Source: Styela clava
Taxonomy: Eukaryota
Assembly: GCF_964204865.1 (NCBI RefSeq)
Contig: NC_135258.1
Coordinates: 12,524,001-12,588,000, forward strand
Reading direction: 5' to 3'
Length of the DNA: 64,000 nucleotides
Each line of letters begins with the position of its first letter. Position 1 is the first letter of the stretch. Under the pieces are notes generated by a model. It worked only from the letters and a program-made list of their open reading frames with translations. It searched no databases and was not told the origin of the DNA. This document shows, piece by piece, positions 26,432 through 38,700 of this stretch. The translations under genes and the position numbers were made by a program.

Positions 26432-27346
26432 ATTCACTAAGAACCGTAAAAGTGAAGTTATTGAGCACAGAAATTTTTTTTAGGAAATTTACTGTTGTAC
26501 GTCTGAACAACTGATATATACTTGAGATATCAAAATGTTCGATTGTTTTTGGTGAAAATGGCATTTTTGATAATTTTTTTTCTAATGTTTTCCGACATTG
26601 ACCAGAGCAGCTGTTGCCATCTAAATTCTGATGAAAATATGAAATTCTTATCAAACTCTATGCATGTGCAAAAATTTAAAGTTAGGCACAGCTGCGGTGC
26701 ATGTATTTGTCCTGTTTTTTTGCAAATTATTTTGTATTTATGGTTTTATCAGATGTTACAAACATTAGTGTATGTAATTTGTTAATTATCCTGTAAGGTA
26801 TGTAATTTATATCTGCATATTGGCTGATAAAAATAATTTATGATCTAGTGTTGGTTTTGCCACATTGATTACAACACAGCAGAGAGAGAATCGCCTTGAA
26901 AATGTGTCTGTAACATTTCTTGTGTTATATGTTCTTGTAATTGTTAGGTAATCTTTACGTAGTGTATAATTAAAAGTGGGAATTATACAATATTTTTATT
27001 GCTAATCAAATTCACTGAAGTTGGGGATTAATTGTGGACGATATTATTTTAACTATCAGTAGAGGTTGCGTGACACTAACTCCCAATCCTTCCTCAATGC
27101 CTTTGTGTATGCGTATAATGCAAGGATGTTGCGGCAGGAATAAAAATACCATGCTATACATACTCAATTTGAATTGATTAGTATGGTATTATTGTAGTTC
27201 ATGTTTCATATTCATTCATCCAAATCTAATTGTTAACAGAAAAAAATGTGCCCAATCATATTTTAGGACTAAATTTACGTTACTTTATGAAATTGTTTAG
27301 GGTGCATATCCTTAAAGTGGTATCATCCTTCATTTATTACGTAAGA

Positions 27347-27532
27347 GGGTATTAGTTTTGGAACAATTTTTTTCTTAAATTAAGCTCAGAGTTGAAAATT
27401 TTTAGTTCTGATTATAAAGATGTATTTCATGTGGTACTGTCCTTCATTTAAATATGTAATAGGGTATTAGATTAGAAACCTTTATTTCTCAAATTAAGCT
27501 TTAGAGTTGAAAATTATTAGTTCTATTATAAA
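27347..27532. repeat. Two imperfect direct repeats of about 70 bp in the MLEC 3' region
   Basis: GGGTATTAG..TTCT(T/C)AAATTAAGCT..AGAGTTGAAAATT(T/A)TTAGTTCT..ATTATAAA occurs at about 27347 and 27462. Confidence 0.6.
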
Positions 27533-29197
27533 AATGAATACAACTACATAATATTCTGCTCAAAGTTGGTTATTAAAGTCTAAAAAATAAGACAATTTTT
27601 GAATTTAAATATTGATCGCTAGATTACATGTACTTTGTCATTATTAAGATTTTTTAAGCCAAGTTCCATGGTTAATTGTTTTTTGATAGAAATGCAGTCA
27701 TTGATCGCTGGCAATAGTGTAGCAAGCGTAGGTTTTATTTTGTTGAATGCATTGTGCAATCATTGTTAAATCTTATCAAGTTGTTCCAATTCAAAGTGAC
27801 TGAAAAGTTTTACCAAAACTTGTGCTTCCCGATGCCTTTCTTTTGGGGCCTCAATATCATTTTTTATAAAAATTGTTAGTTTTAGTCAAAAGTTTCTATT
27901 TGTTGTTTCTTTGAATGGCATCAATTATTGGTTACATACTACTTCAATGCAAAAATGTTTAGAAAATTCTGGATTCAAAATTGATTGTGCTTTGTTAACA
28001 CTGGTTGTAATTTTTTTACAACTAAACATGGTATAATCAGTGCTTACAATCATTAGTAAGTGGCAAACGTTTTTCCATTTTGATTCTGGAATAATAAAAA
28101 TAAAGCACAAAATCTTGGGTTGAAAATTTTGTTGTTTAATATTAGTTTACAAAAAAACTTCATCCTTTTTTCATCCTGAAACACATAAATGTCCTCTACA
28201 ATCACTTTCTGAAATTTGCACACTTTATGCAATATTATATCTGATATAATATTATTCAAAAGTGTCTTGTTTATTAAGTGCATAGGTATACAATGCCATC
28301 TTAAATGTTATATTTCAATATTGCTTAAATTATAAAAAGTCTGTTTTTGACAATGACACCAATCTTATTTGAATGTTCAGTGAATCCTTTGATTTGGTAT
28401 TCCATACCGTTTCACATTATTTTACATCGATGGATAATGCAAAAAATCATATATAACTAATGTTTTTGTGTTTGTGTATACACTATCTATTGTGAGTTTA
28501 AATTGATATGTTATTGACGGAGTGCAAATATGAAACACTCTATAATGGTTTCATAGTTATTTGGAGAAAATAAGTTGAATCAAGGTAATTGTATTAAAAT
28601 AAAATAAGTCCTTAAAAACTTTGTCCTTAGAATTCAATTCACCCACTGAAACTAAACGCCAACAAGCATCAACAAACACAATCAAGTCATTCACTTCTAA
28701 ACAATGCTAAACACATTTCCAGATTCATTCCTAAAAAAATATTTTGGCATTTTTTTCTGAAATTTTGATCCAAATTATTGCTATAAAGATGTGTCAAATT
28801 TTGTGACAATAAATTAAACTTTTATCCTGATTTTTGCATATGGATCAATATAACAGCCTTCAACGAATCTCAATATGGCATAATATTTCAACCTAAAAAA
28901 TGTCCAAAATGCTATTTTGACTTATTTCACTGTCGCTTGTAGTTGTGTAATTAAATAATTGTTTCTAAATCCCAGCCATATAACCTTAGTTGAATTTATA
29001 TTTAGTATAGATATAGACTAATTATGCCAATGACCTATACTTTAGTTACACTGGGTTTTTGACTGGGATAATCACTGCACGCTTTCTAGGTTATGTGCTT
29101 TGCAATACTGTAAACGGATTTTGTTCTTATTTTAGAATGATAATGTAGTAATTTTTTTCCAAACAAAGACTGCTTTTTGGGTATAAAAATAAGAAAA

Positions 29198-30889
29198 ATG
29201 TCACACATCAGTAGGATCGCGTCTCCTATGAGCTTATGTGAAGAGGATTTATTCGATGTTGACAAAAAAGTACAAAGCAAAATTCGTCTTCTTGAACAAT
29301 TACAAAAAGAATCGCCCGCTTCTTTTCTTGTTGGTACGATTGGAAAAATTAACCAAAGAATCACCAATCTTGATGAAGAATTATCAAAATATGAGAGCCA
29401 GCTTGAAATTGACAGTAGAACACCAGAGCCGCAAAAGAGAACTGAATCTTATGCTGAAAGCTATTCTCCCTCTATGAGCATTCGTGGAACAACTCCTTCA
29501 GAGAAAAAGTATGGTGCTGATGTAGAAAAACAAGCTCCTGGAACTCCAAGAGCAAAATCAAGTGACGCTCCTCGATTGGTTGAACTCCAGCAGTTCCCAG
29601 GATGGAATAAGAAGAAATGTGCTCCTCTACCGCATTCTCTACAAACTAACAAGGTGCTTGATAATGTTGTCGCTGCTCAACCAGATTTGAAACACAAAGT
29701 TGCGTTTCGTCGGGAGTTTTGCAGACTACTGTTTTCAAAAATGCAAGAATCGATACTGCAAGATGGTTTCTGGTGGTTTTTCTTGAGAAAATTTCATCCT
29801 GATCCAATCAACCAAGGCAAGCTCTTTAAAAGAATATCAACCAATTTTGTTGGTCTGTTACTCAGTGCTGAAATTCCGAAGTATAGAGATTTGTTTTTCG
29901 CTAATTATGGTACAATTCTGGCTCAATCAATTTATGCTGCTTTTTGCCTTGCATTTCCGCAGTCATGGAGGCAGTTTGACGAACCAGCGTTCAAGGAAAT
30001 GTTAGCTCAAGTTTGCGGCGAATGGATTTCAGGTATTCCACCGCCACCTCGCTCTTATGAAAAATGGAATATGGCAGCTTTAGAGCCAGATGGGATGCGA
30101 AAGGAGGAAGTTATAAAAAAGAAAAAGAGACCTGATCATGCAGCCAAGTCTCTAGGTGGAAGAGCAAGTTCATACAGCTCCGCTGCTTCAACTAAAACAT
30201 CGTCAATTCGATCACCGACTGGATCTCAAAAAACGCATGGATTAAGAATGCATACTGCTAAATCAGATGCTGCATCTTGTGCACATTCTCCTAAACTAAC
30301 ACCGCGTGTTGCGGAATTAGCATCTGAGCAAAATGCCCTTTCAACAATTACAGAAGAACCTTTGACATCAACCACTGAAAGCACTGCTGGATTAAGAACG
30401 AAGTTTATTGCACCAAAAAGCGATTCATCTTGTGCTGCTGGGCGTGCAATGGAGTTTTCAAGGAATGTCTTCAACGTGTATGGTCGCTCACCATTGCTTG
30501 TTCAATTTTCTCGTCAATATGGTTTCGAGAAAAAATCCTTTTTTGATGTATTAGTCCAGCATTCACTTATTCAAACACCACCAGCTAAAGATGCCCAAAC
30601 CTATCAAGACATCATTTACGAGAGCAGAATTAAAGCATCCGCCGCAGCACAATCTTTCAAACATATTTACGAAGAAGACATGAAAGCTCACAAATCTTTT
30701 TGTGCAAAACAGCGAGAGGAATTACAAAATTTCAAAAAGAAAACGGATAAATTATTGTCGAAGCCACGTCAAGTTCACTATCTTAGTAATCTCATCTTGA
30801 TGGAAATGAAGAACTTAGAAGAAGATACGAATCCGGTTGGTGCCACTGCAACAGTTCAAGCTGCTTTATCTGCAGAATCAGCTGATTAA
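29198..30889 (+). CDS. FAM227-family (FWWh domain) protein, intronless CDS; first ATG at 29198
   Basis: 563-aa ORF with ILQDGFWWFFL, LFKRISTNFV, LAQSIYAAFCLAFPQS and FNVYGRSPLL, characteristic of FAM227A/B; the paralog cannot be assigned. Confidence 0.85.
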   Translation: MSHISRIASPMSLCEEDLFDVDKKVQSKIRLLEQLQKESPASFLVGTIGKINQRITNLDEELSKYESQLEIDSRTPEPQKRTESYAESYSPSMSIRGTTPSEKKYGADVEKQAPGTPRAKSSDAPRLVELQQFPGWNKKKCAPLPHSLQTNKVLDNVVAAQPDLKHKVAFRREFCRLLFSKMQESILQDGFWWFFLRKFHPDPINQGKLFKRISTNFVGLLLSAEIPKYRDLFFANYGTILAQSIYAAFCLAFPQSWRQFDEPAFKEMLAQVCGEWISGIPPPPRSYEKWNMAALEPDGMRKEEVIKKKKRPDHAAKSLGGRASSYSSAASTKTSSIRSPTGSQKTHGLRMHTAKSDAASCAHSPKLTPRVAELASEQNALSTITEEPLTSTTESTAGLRTKFIAPKSDSSCAAGRAMEFSRNVFNVYGRSPLLVQFSRQYGFEKKSFFDVLVQHSLIQTPPAKDAQTYQDIIYESRIKASAAAQSFKHIYEEDMKAHKSFCAKQREELQNFKKKTDKLLSKPRQVHYLSNLILMEMKNLEEDTNPVGATATVQAALSAESAD

Positions 30890-31004
30890 AATGTTAGATA
30901 ACATATCACTGTGCCTTATCAGTTATCTTAGTATTAATATATAAATTGTATTATGTTGTCATAGTTTTAACATCTATTGTTCACTGTAATTTTCGTAACT
31001 GCTG

Positions 31005-31600
31005 TACTACTACTTTACCTAAATATATCTTCAAGTGTAGTTTTAATTTTATAGTTATAATATATTTAAGTTTCATTGCCATGATTATACCATACAAATT
31101 GATACAATGTATTTTACCAAAGTTGTGTGTGCTTATTGTAGTTTTACAAGCATATAATAAAATGACATGTTTTCGAAAATTATCATAAATTCCATAAAAA
31201 GTGCTTCGTGATATTATTTTATCTAATATATCTTCAACTGTTTGTAGTTTTTTGAATGAATTTAGATTAAAATTATTCGTTGGTGCCATTGACATGATTA
31301 TACAATGATGTAATTTATCAAATTTTTGCGTGCCTATAAGCCCATTGTATTGTTACAAGTATTTAATAGAATGATATTTTTTTAGTTATTATTACAAATT
31401 CCAAAAAAAGAGTACTTCATGGTATTATTTTACCTAACATATCTTCAAATGTTTGTAGCTTACCTGTTACAGCATAATTTAATGAAATGTCATTGCCATG
31501 ACTATACAATGCTGTTTTTTATAATATGTTTGTGTGCTTATTGCCTATTATAGTTTTACAAGCATATAATAAAATGATTTGTTCTATTTTTAGATATTAC
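31005..31600. repeat. Three degenerate tandem repeats of about 205 bp between FAM227-like and RAD1
   Basis: Anchor ATATCTTCAA at 31025, 31228 and 31439; shared CATTG(C/A)CATGA.TATAC and TTACAAG.AT.TAATA.AATGA. Confidence 0.75.
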
Positions 31601-31642
31601 TGTTAATCCAAAAAAGCTGTTTTACTTTATAAATATTGATAA

Positions 31643-32470
31643 ATGGATGGCACAACGCTTGAAGATGAGGATTACACATTCCTAGCCAAACTTGGTAATG
31701 CAAGAAATCTTTCACACATTTTAAAAGCGATACATTTCAAAGATGTAGCAACTGTATTTGTAACAGAAAACGGTTTGAAAGTAACTGTAGAAGATGCGAA
31801 ATGTTTGCAAGCTAATGCTTTCATTCAAGCAACTGTTTTTGATGAATATGATGTCCATGAAGAAGTAAACTTCTGTATCAATTTGAACGTTCTTCAAGAG
31901 TGTTTAACTATATTTGGAAGTAGTTCCATTATGACAACATCGTTAAAAATGGTTTATGGGGGATATGGTTCACCTCTTACTCTAACCTTAGAAGAAGAAA
32001 ACATTACAACTGATTGTAGTATAAAGACGCAAGAGTCAGAAGAGACTCTAGATTTTGAATTCTGCGCTGCTAATGTTGTTAATAAAATTATAATGAAAGC
32101 TGATTGTCTGCGAGACGCTTTTAACGAGTTAGACCACACTTCTGATGTGGTTGAGATTACGATGTCTCCACAAAAACCATATTTCCGACTTTCAAGCTCA
32201 GGATATTGTGGACGAACAGATAATGATATTCATAAAGATTCTGATATGGTAGAAATCTTTCAATGCTCAGAGCCGCAGTCAAATCAGTACCGTTTATCCT
32301 TGCTAAAACCTTCCGTAAAAGCAGTTAATCTTGCAAGTAAAGTCTGTATAAGAATGGATCATCGTGGGTTTTTATCCTTCCAATACATGATCAAAAATGA
32401 AAGTGGACAAATTTGTTTTGTTGAATATTATTGTTGTCCAGATGAAAAATTTGATGAAGAAGATGTTTGA
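31643..32470 (+). CDS. RAD1: Cell-cycle checkpoint protein RAD1 (9-1-1 clamp), intronless CDS
   Basis: LGNARNLSHILKAIHFKD..GLKVTVEDAKCLQANAFIQ..ECLTIFG..PYFRLS..LLKPS..GFLSFQYMI..FVEYYCCPDE. Confidence 0.97.
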   Translation: MDGTTLEDEDYTFLAKLGNARNLSHILKAIHFKDVATVFVTENGLKVTVEDAKCLQANAFIQATVFDEYDVHEEVNFCINLNVLQECLTIFGSSSIMTTSLKMVYGGYGSPLTLTLEEENITTDCSIKTQESEETLDFEFCAANVVNKIIMKADCLRDAFNELDHTSDVVEITMSPQKPYFRLSSSGYCGRTDNDIHKDSDMVEIFQCSEPQSNQYRLSLLKPSVKAVNLASKVCIRMDHRGFLSFQYMIKNESGQICFVEYYCCPDEKFDEEDV

Positions 32471-32715
32471 CTTTAACACAAACCATTTTACCCTGTGCAA
32501 ACTAGCAAAAAATATTCATGTATCTAAATATGAACCCATTCAGACCTTAAATCAACAGTATTAATAGCTGGGAAAGTACAGATGGCATCAGTAATTTTAG
32601 ATTTTCACTTCATTTGTCAGTGGTTATTTAGCTTTCAATCATCAATTTCTTTTAAAATGTTGTTTATACACATAGTTCTTATTGTTTTTTACACTCTTTT
32701 CAGAATAGCATAAGC

Positions 32716-35700
32716 ATGCTGTGTCCCATTATTAAATATCGTAATTTATTTTGTCATAAATGGACATCAAAGTTTTTTTCAATGTCCTGCGCAAAAAACA
32801 GCGTCAAAAAATCTTCAGTGATAAAGCCACAAAACATTCTTAACTTGCACAAGCGAGGACTTTTAGAAGATATTTTTCCAAATGCTTCTGTCTCATTGCC
32901 AGAGCAGTTATTAAAACAACAATGCTTTTATTGTGGCTTTGATCCAACATCCGACAGTCTACACATTGGAAATTTAATGTCTTTAATGCTACTGTTGCAT
33001 TGTCAAAGAGCTGGTAAGTACTGTAAAGAATAGTAATCTCTAACAACATAGTTTTGCTGTATTATACTTTCAAAAATAGGAACATGGAAACAGAGTATTT
33101 TATGCTCAATACACAGAATAAACCAATAGCAAACTCAAGTAGAGAACAATGTATAACAAATACACGACAAAGTCCGTTACAGTGGCTGTGCTCCAGTACC
33201 TATCATGTAAAAATGCATTGTACTTAGTCCATAAAGCAATTTGTCAATTAAAAAATGATGAGAATTTTCATGTTTTAGTCTATACAAAATATTCATAGGT
33301 CTATTTCATATCTGATTATGTTGGTTTGTTTTAATGAAAAATGACGAGGAAAATTAGGGGACAAATACGATGGCCAGTTTTTCATCTAGAAACTTGAATT
33401 ATATTTCTGAAATATATATCTGTGCTTTGTATTCAACGTTGTTTCAAAAAAAGTGTTCTTATCCCTTCTAATAACGCTAATATTTATAGGACATAATGTG
33501 ATCGCTGTTATTGGAAATGCAACTGCGAGAATTGGAGATCCGAGCGATCAAACAAAAGACAGAAATTCAGTCTCGACAGATGTATTAGACAAAAACACAA
33601 AAGGACTTATCAATTGTATCACAAATATATTTGAAACTCATGAACAGGAGCATTATATTCATCGCGGAGTTAAAGAACTACCAACAATAAAGATTTTAAA
33701 TAATTATGATTGGTATCGAGATATCAATGTTGTGGATTTTTTTGCCAATGCTGGAAGGAAATTTCGAATGGGTCCTATGCTTGGTAGGTAAATAAATAAG
33801 GTATTTTGTTGTTCAGTTTTTTTGGTAAAATTAAACGAAATTCCTGATTGAAAATGAAGTATATATTATGTGTGAATATCAGGAAAAACGTAGTCAAAAT
33901 TTATTCCTTGACAACCAAAGATGCAAAAAATAATTTCCTCCTGGAGTTTTATGGACTCTAATATTTTACCCCAATTTATTTTGTTTTTAATTCATAGAAA
34001 CAATTTTTATAACATATTTGAGTACTTCTCTCTTGTTTTTTTCAGGTTCTAAATTTCATTTAATTTGCATTGCAATTAAATTTGTGTGCCTTGTTAAGTT
34101 ACATACTGTAGCGAATGTGCATTGTGTAACTATGAATTATAATGTATTTAACCCTTTCATTTTAATAGTGTGTTCCATTTCCCACAATAGGTCATTTTAT
34201 TGTAGCATTACTGATTACATGTACTGCCTTTCTCGTATCGACCAATTTGATGACGTATCGTTCCGGCTTGCCGAGAGGGCTGCAAATATTGTGTTTAGAT
34301 TTCACTTCTGTTTTACTGCGTTAAGCGGTTGTGTTTTGTTTCACTCCTGATTTACTGTGTTAAGAGTTAAGTGTGTTGCAATTTTATCTGTTTCCGGAAT
34401 TTGGATTGTGCATCTTCCTATAATATACAACAATCGAACTTAAATATATAGGTGATAGTCTTTATCCCCCCATCATCACCATCTCTTTATCCCTATAATA
34501 CCATATGGATCAAAGCATTAAAACACTATTCCGTGCTTTAACGATGAATTTTGAAATTTTTACGATTTTACAAGGTAATTGTGTGAAAAGCATTTTTCTT
34601 AATTTCCAAATTTTTAACATTTCTTCTAGATAAAAGATTTGTAAAAGAAAGATTGAATAGTTCTGAAGGACTTCTTTTGCCTGAATTCCTGTATCAAGTA
34701 TATCAAGCATATGACTGGTTACATTTATTACAAAATTATAATTGTCGATTTCAATTTGGAGGTTCCGATCAACTTGGTAACATGAATGCAGGACGTTATC
34801 TCATTGATCGGTAAGTTTAAATGTTCGTTTCATTCAACATATGGTGCTAAAGATATCATATATCACTACAGGAAAAGTTTGTATTCATTCATTAAGTGAC
34901 CTATTACATACAGATCAAATCAAATCTTCTTATACTTCTAAATGAATTCTAATGGTTTAGTGTGACATTTTTTATTTTAAACGAAAATATTTTTGTTTAA
35001 AATATTATTCTCAATACGTTGACAATAACTCATGTATGTTGTTTGTTGGATTAAACAAAATTGAAATATATTCAATAGCAGAAATAGTTTTTCAGAATAT
35101 GTTCTGAATAGTACAATATTTGGTTTTGCTTGTAACTGGATTGGTATTAGTTTAATGTGGTTATACATGCGAACTTGGATTTCATCACGAGATTAACATG
35201 CCTTGTGGTCACAGTTACGCTAGATCACATTTTACACCGCAAAAAACTTATAATGCTGTTCAATCATAATTTGGCGATCCACAAAAATGTTAACACTGTA
35301 TCAACATGAAAAGGACTTCCTGAGCTTATTTTGTATGTGAATAGGTTCATTCATATCTAGCTATGAATAGAAAATGAAACATGAATTGCAGCAGGATTTT
35401 ATTATATTTTTGTTTACTGTAAAACAAAACTATGTACTGGTATACATTTCTCTTTCTTTACTACAATTACTATAAACATTCAATGGGAAGACCAAGACTT
35501 TGTGATTATATTGTTTTGCCATTTTGGGTATATTGTTTGAACTTATGAATTTTTAAAGTTTTACTAATGAATAAAGTGGTCCGAATATATCAATCTTTTC
35601 CATTTTCACAATGACTGATTTACTATGTCACATGTAAGAATATAGAATTCACAGATGTGTTGAATCTATAAGTTTTGATGTGTGCGATTCTCCTTTATCT

Positions 35701-38700
35701 TATCCATCTGGTTCCGCTTTCATGTTAGTCGCGAAGATTGCTGTATCGGTGGTCGACTGTGACAAATTGCATACTCATACTACTCAGTTGAGCATCACTC
35801 TCTTGTTGAATGGTCAAGAGGCAGCTGAGATGCATGGTTCAGGTTATGTCATCTTACTCGGCAGCACGCTCAGGTGTTCGAGTAACGCAGAGTTTTTTAG
35901 TGAATTGTTCGAGTATAGAGTCGTTCGACTACAGAGGTATCACTGTATATGTCAAGTGGTTAGTTTTGCAAAAATGGACCTGGGTCACTGTCTCTGAAGA
36001 ACGCACTTCTGTAAATAATTGTAATTTTATTTTTTAATTATACTGACAAATTTAACTGAAAACCTGAAAAATTTCTTTGTATGGATCATGTAAAATTTTT
36101 TAAGAATTGGAAACTTGTATATATTTTGTTACAAAGTTAAATGAAATTTAGCTGGGTAATATCTAATTTTTAGTGCAGCTCTATGTAAACCAATGCACTG
36201 CCATTGTATATTACTTTGCAGTGTAACTCAACAGGAAGTTTATGGATTATTAACTCCTTTGATAACCACACACACCGGTCAAAAAGTAGGAAAAACCGCC
36301 GGGAATGCAGTGTGGTTAGATGCTGATAAGACATCACCATTCGAGTTTTATCAATATTTTCTTCGTCAACGTGACGCAGATGTTGAAAAGTATGAAATAG
36401 ATATTTTTTATTATTGTATGATGTTTAGCTGATCATATCAACAATGGATCAAAATCAATGGTTTTATGTACTATTTCTTTCAACAATTGTTTGAATGGAT
36501 TGCAACCCTGTATGAGTTGAAAGTTGAAACTAAAAATTCTTGACAGCAGCTATTTGAATATATTTTCTAATATAAAGATATTCAAGTGGCCAATATGATG
36601 GTTAAAAGGGAACTTTGAACCAAATTTAAGCTCTAATTTGATTGAGGTGTTTTTGGCACACTGTGCTAAACAGCTTTCAAGTCCATAATTAGGGAATAAT
36701 TAACTGCAGAATTCCTTCCTTGATTTTAAGTCTTGCTTTTTTACTTCCAACCTTATCATGTCTCGATGATTGTATGAGTGTGTGTGTGTGTGCGTGCTTT
36801 AATTTGTTTTTATACTTTTGGGTGAGCGAACACGTACTACTTCTCTTATCAATACCTTTCCATCTAAAATCTGTGCGCCTCAAACCTTACTTGAGGTTTT
36901 GTTTGCTCTCTCGATTCTATAATCAGTTATTTTCTTCTGTTTTCTAAATACAAAGCAAAATTCTTCCCAAGAACGATAAAATTCCCCACTGAGGAGGAAT
37001 TCCTTCCCGACTGGGCAACGTTGAGTCAGCGGTTTAAAAGTCCTGCATCATGCTTCTTATTTGAGTTTCCACCTTCACTATTATAATATTTTAGATTTCT
37101 AAAGTATTTTACTTTCATTGAACTCACCAACATAAAAGAAATAATGCAAGAACATTCAAGGTATCCAAAACGTAGGAACGCACAGAAGATTCTTGCCAAA
37201 AATGTATGCAAGCTTGTTCATGGTGAGGAAGGCTTGAAATCCGCTGAAAGGTAACTTGTTAGTTGAAAATTGTACCCTTTGTATGTTCAATATAGATATA
37301 GTAGTGCCAATAAACTATTCTTTTGAACGCTATCGCCTGTGAGTATGCTGTGTCAGAATATATCAACATAATAGCAGGAAACAATATTCTGTTCCAGTTC
37401 TTATTCAGGTACCATTCGCCAAAGTTTGTTTCAAGCTGTAAAGTATTCTCAATGTCTGAATACAACATGCCACAGCTGGTCGTAATCGTGCAAATATCTG
37501 TGCCTTAATTTGACCAGGAAATGACTTGTGACGTTAATAACCTGTACAGACACATTTCAAAGGTTATATCCGCATGAAATGATGTTCATTAATGAAGTAG
37601 TTTGTTCCTGAGGAAATGGGAGTTTCCGATTTTATGTTCAAGTTGTGTTTGGCAGTGAAGATTAAATATCAATTTTATGAAACTAAAAGTCTATATATTA
37701 ACAAAACTATTCATATTTAACGTTGATCATACCCGTAGGCCAGGGGTCGGCAACCTTTTGTCGCTCGCAGGCCGAAATAAAGGGTTGCAAGTCATTGGCG
37801 AGCTGCACATATTTTTAGAAAGTTGAAAACCTAATGGATGATACTATTTATAATAAAAATCAAGCAATGATACATCTCAAAAAAGAATATAGATTTATAT
37901 CTTCATTGCATTATATCTCAAATTGTTCCAATTGAATATTGTCGGCGCCATTAAACCCTTTACACTCAGCTTCACCTTTCTTCGTAATTGTGAATTTTAT
38001 ACTTGTCAGATTATAATTCAATTTAGTCTACACACCTCTCACAATAAATTATGTTGAATAAAGAATATAATCGCCGAAACAGCTGTTTTATTACTATGAT
38101 TCAATCAAACGTAGCGGGCCGGATCATATTACTCCGCGGGCCGGATCCAGCCGGATGCCGACCTGCCGTAGGCTACAGTCGTAATAAGATTAAAAAACTA
38201 TTTTGAATATTCTGTGTTAAATTGAATTTTACATATAACCCTTCAAAATTTGTGTACCCCTCTGATGCAAATTCATTTATTTATGCTGGTCCGTTCATGC
38301 TGGCAAGCACGGCTGCGGAGTTGGACTATTGTATCTAAATCTTTGAAATTTTTAATAGTGACATTCAAAGTATAATTTTTGACCCAAACTCAAAAAGCAC
38401 TGAGCTGTCTAAGCATTCTCAACAGACGATTGAATCAAGAATCCATATGCAAAAGCTTTCGTTCTGAAAATTAAGATGTTTGGAACAGAAGTAGAAATTC
38501 CTGTCAACCCTGAATCAGAGACGTTATTTCAATGGTTCATAATTTGTAGTTGAGTTACTGTTTTCCCAGACTCCTCGGCATTCCAGGGTACAGTCATAAA
38601 GTTAATCATTACTTTTCCATGTTTAGATGCACGCAAGTGTTGTTCCATGGCCAGTTAGAACAATTAGAAAATCTTACTGATCAGGAGATAGATGCTACTT

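Noticed and set aside
29177-29197. TTG start for the FAM227-like ORF (likewise TTG 48337 and GTG 51217)
   Set aside because: These are eukaryotic genes, so the first in-frame ATGs (29198, 48352, 51229) are used instead.
36765-36925. GU-repeat scaRNA in YARS2 intron 4
   Set aside because: Some stems and a short (TG)n are present, but there is no convincing C/D box pair or guide.
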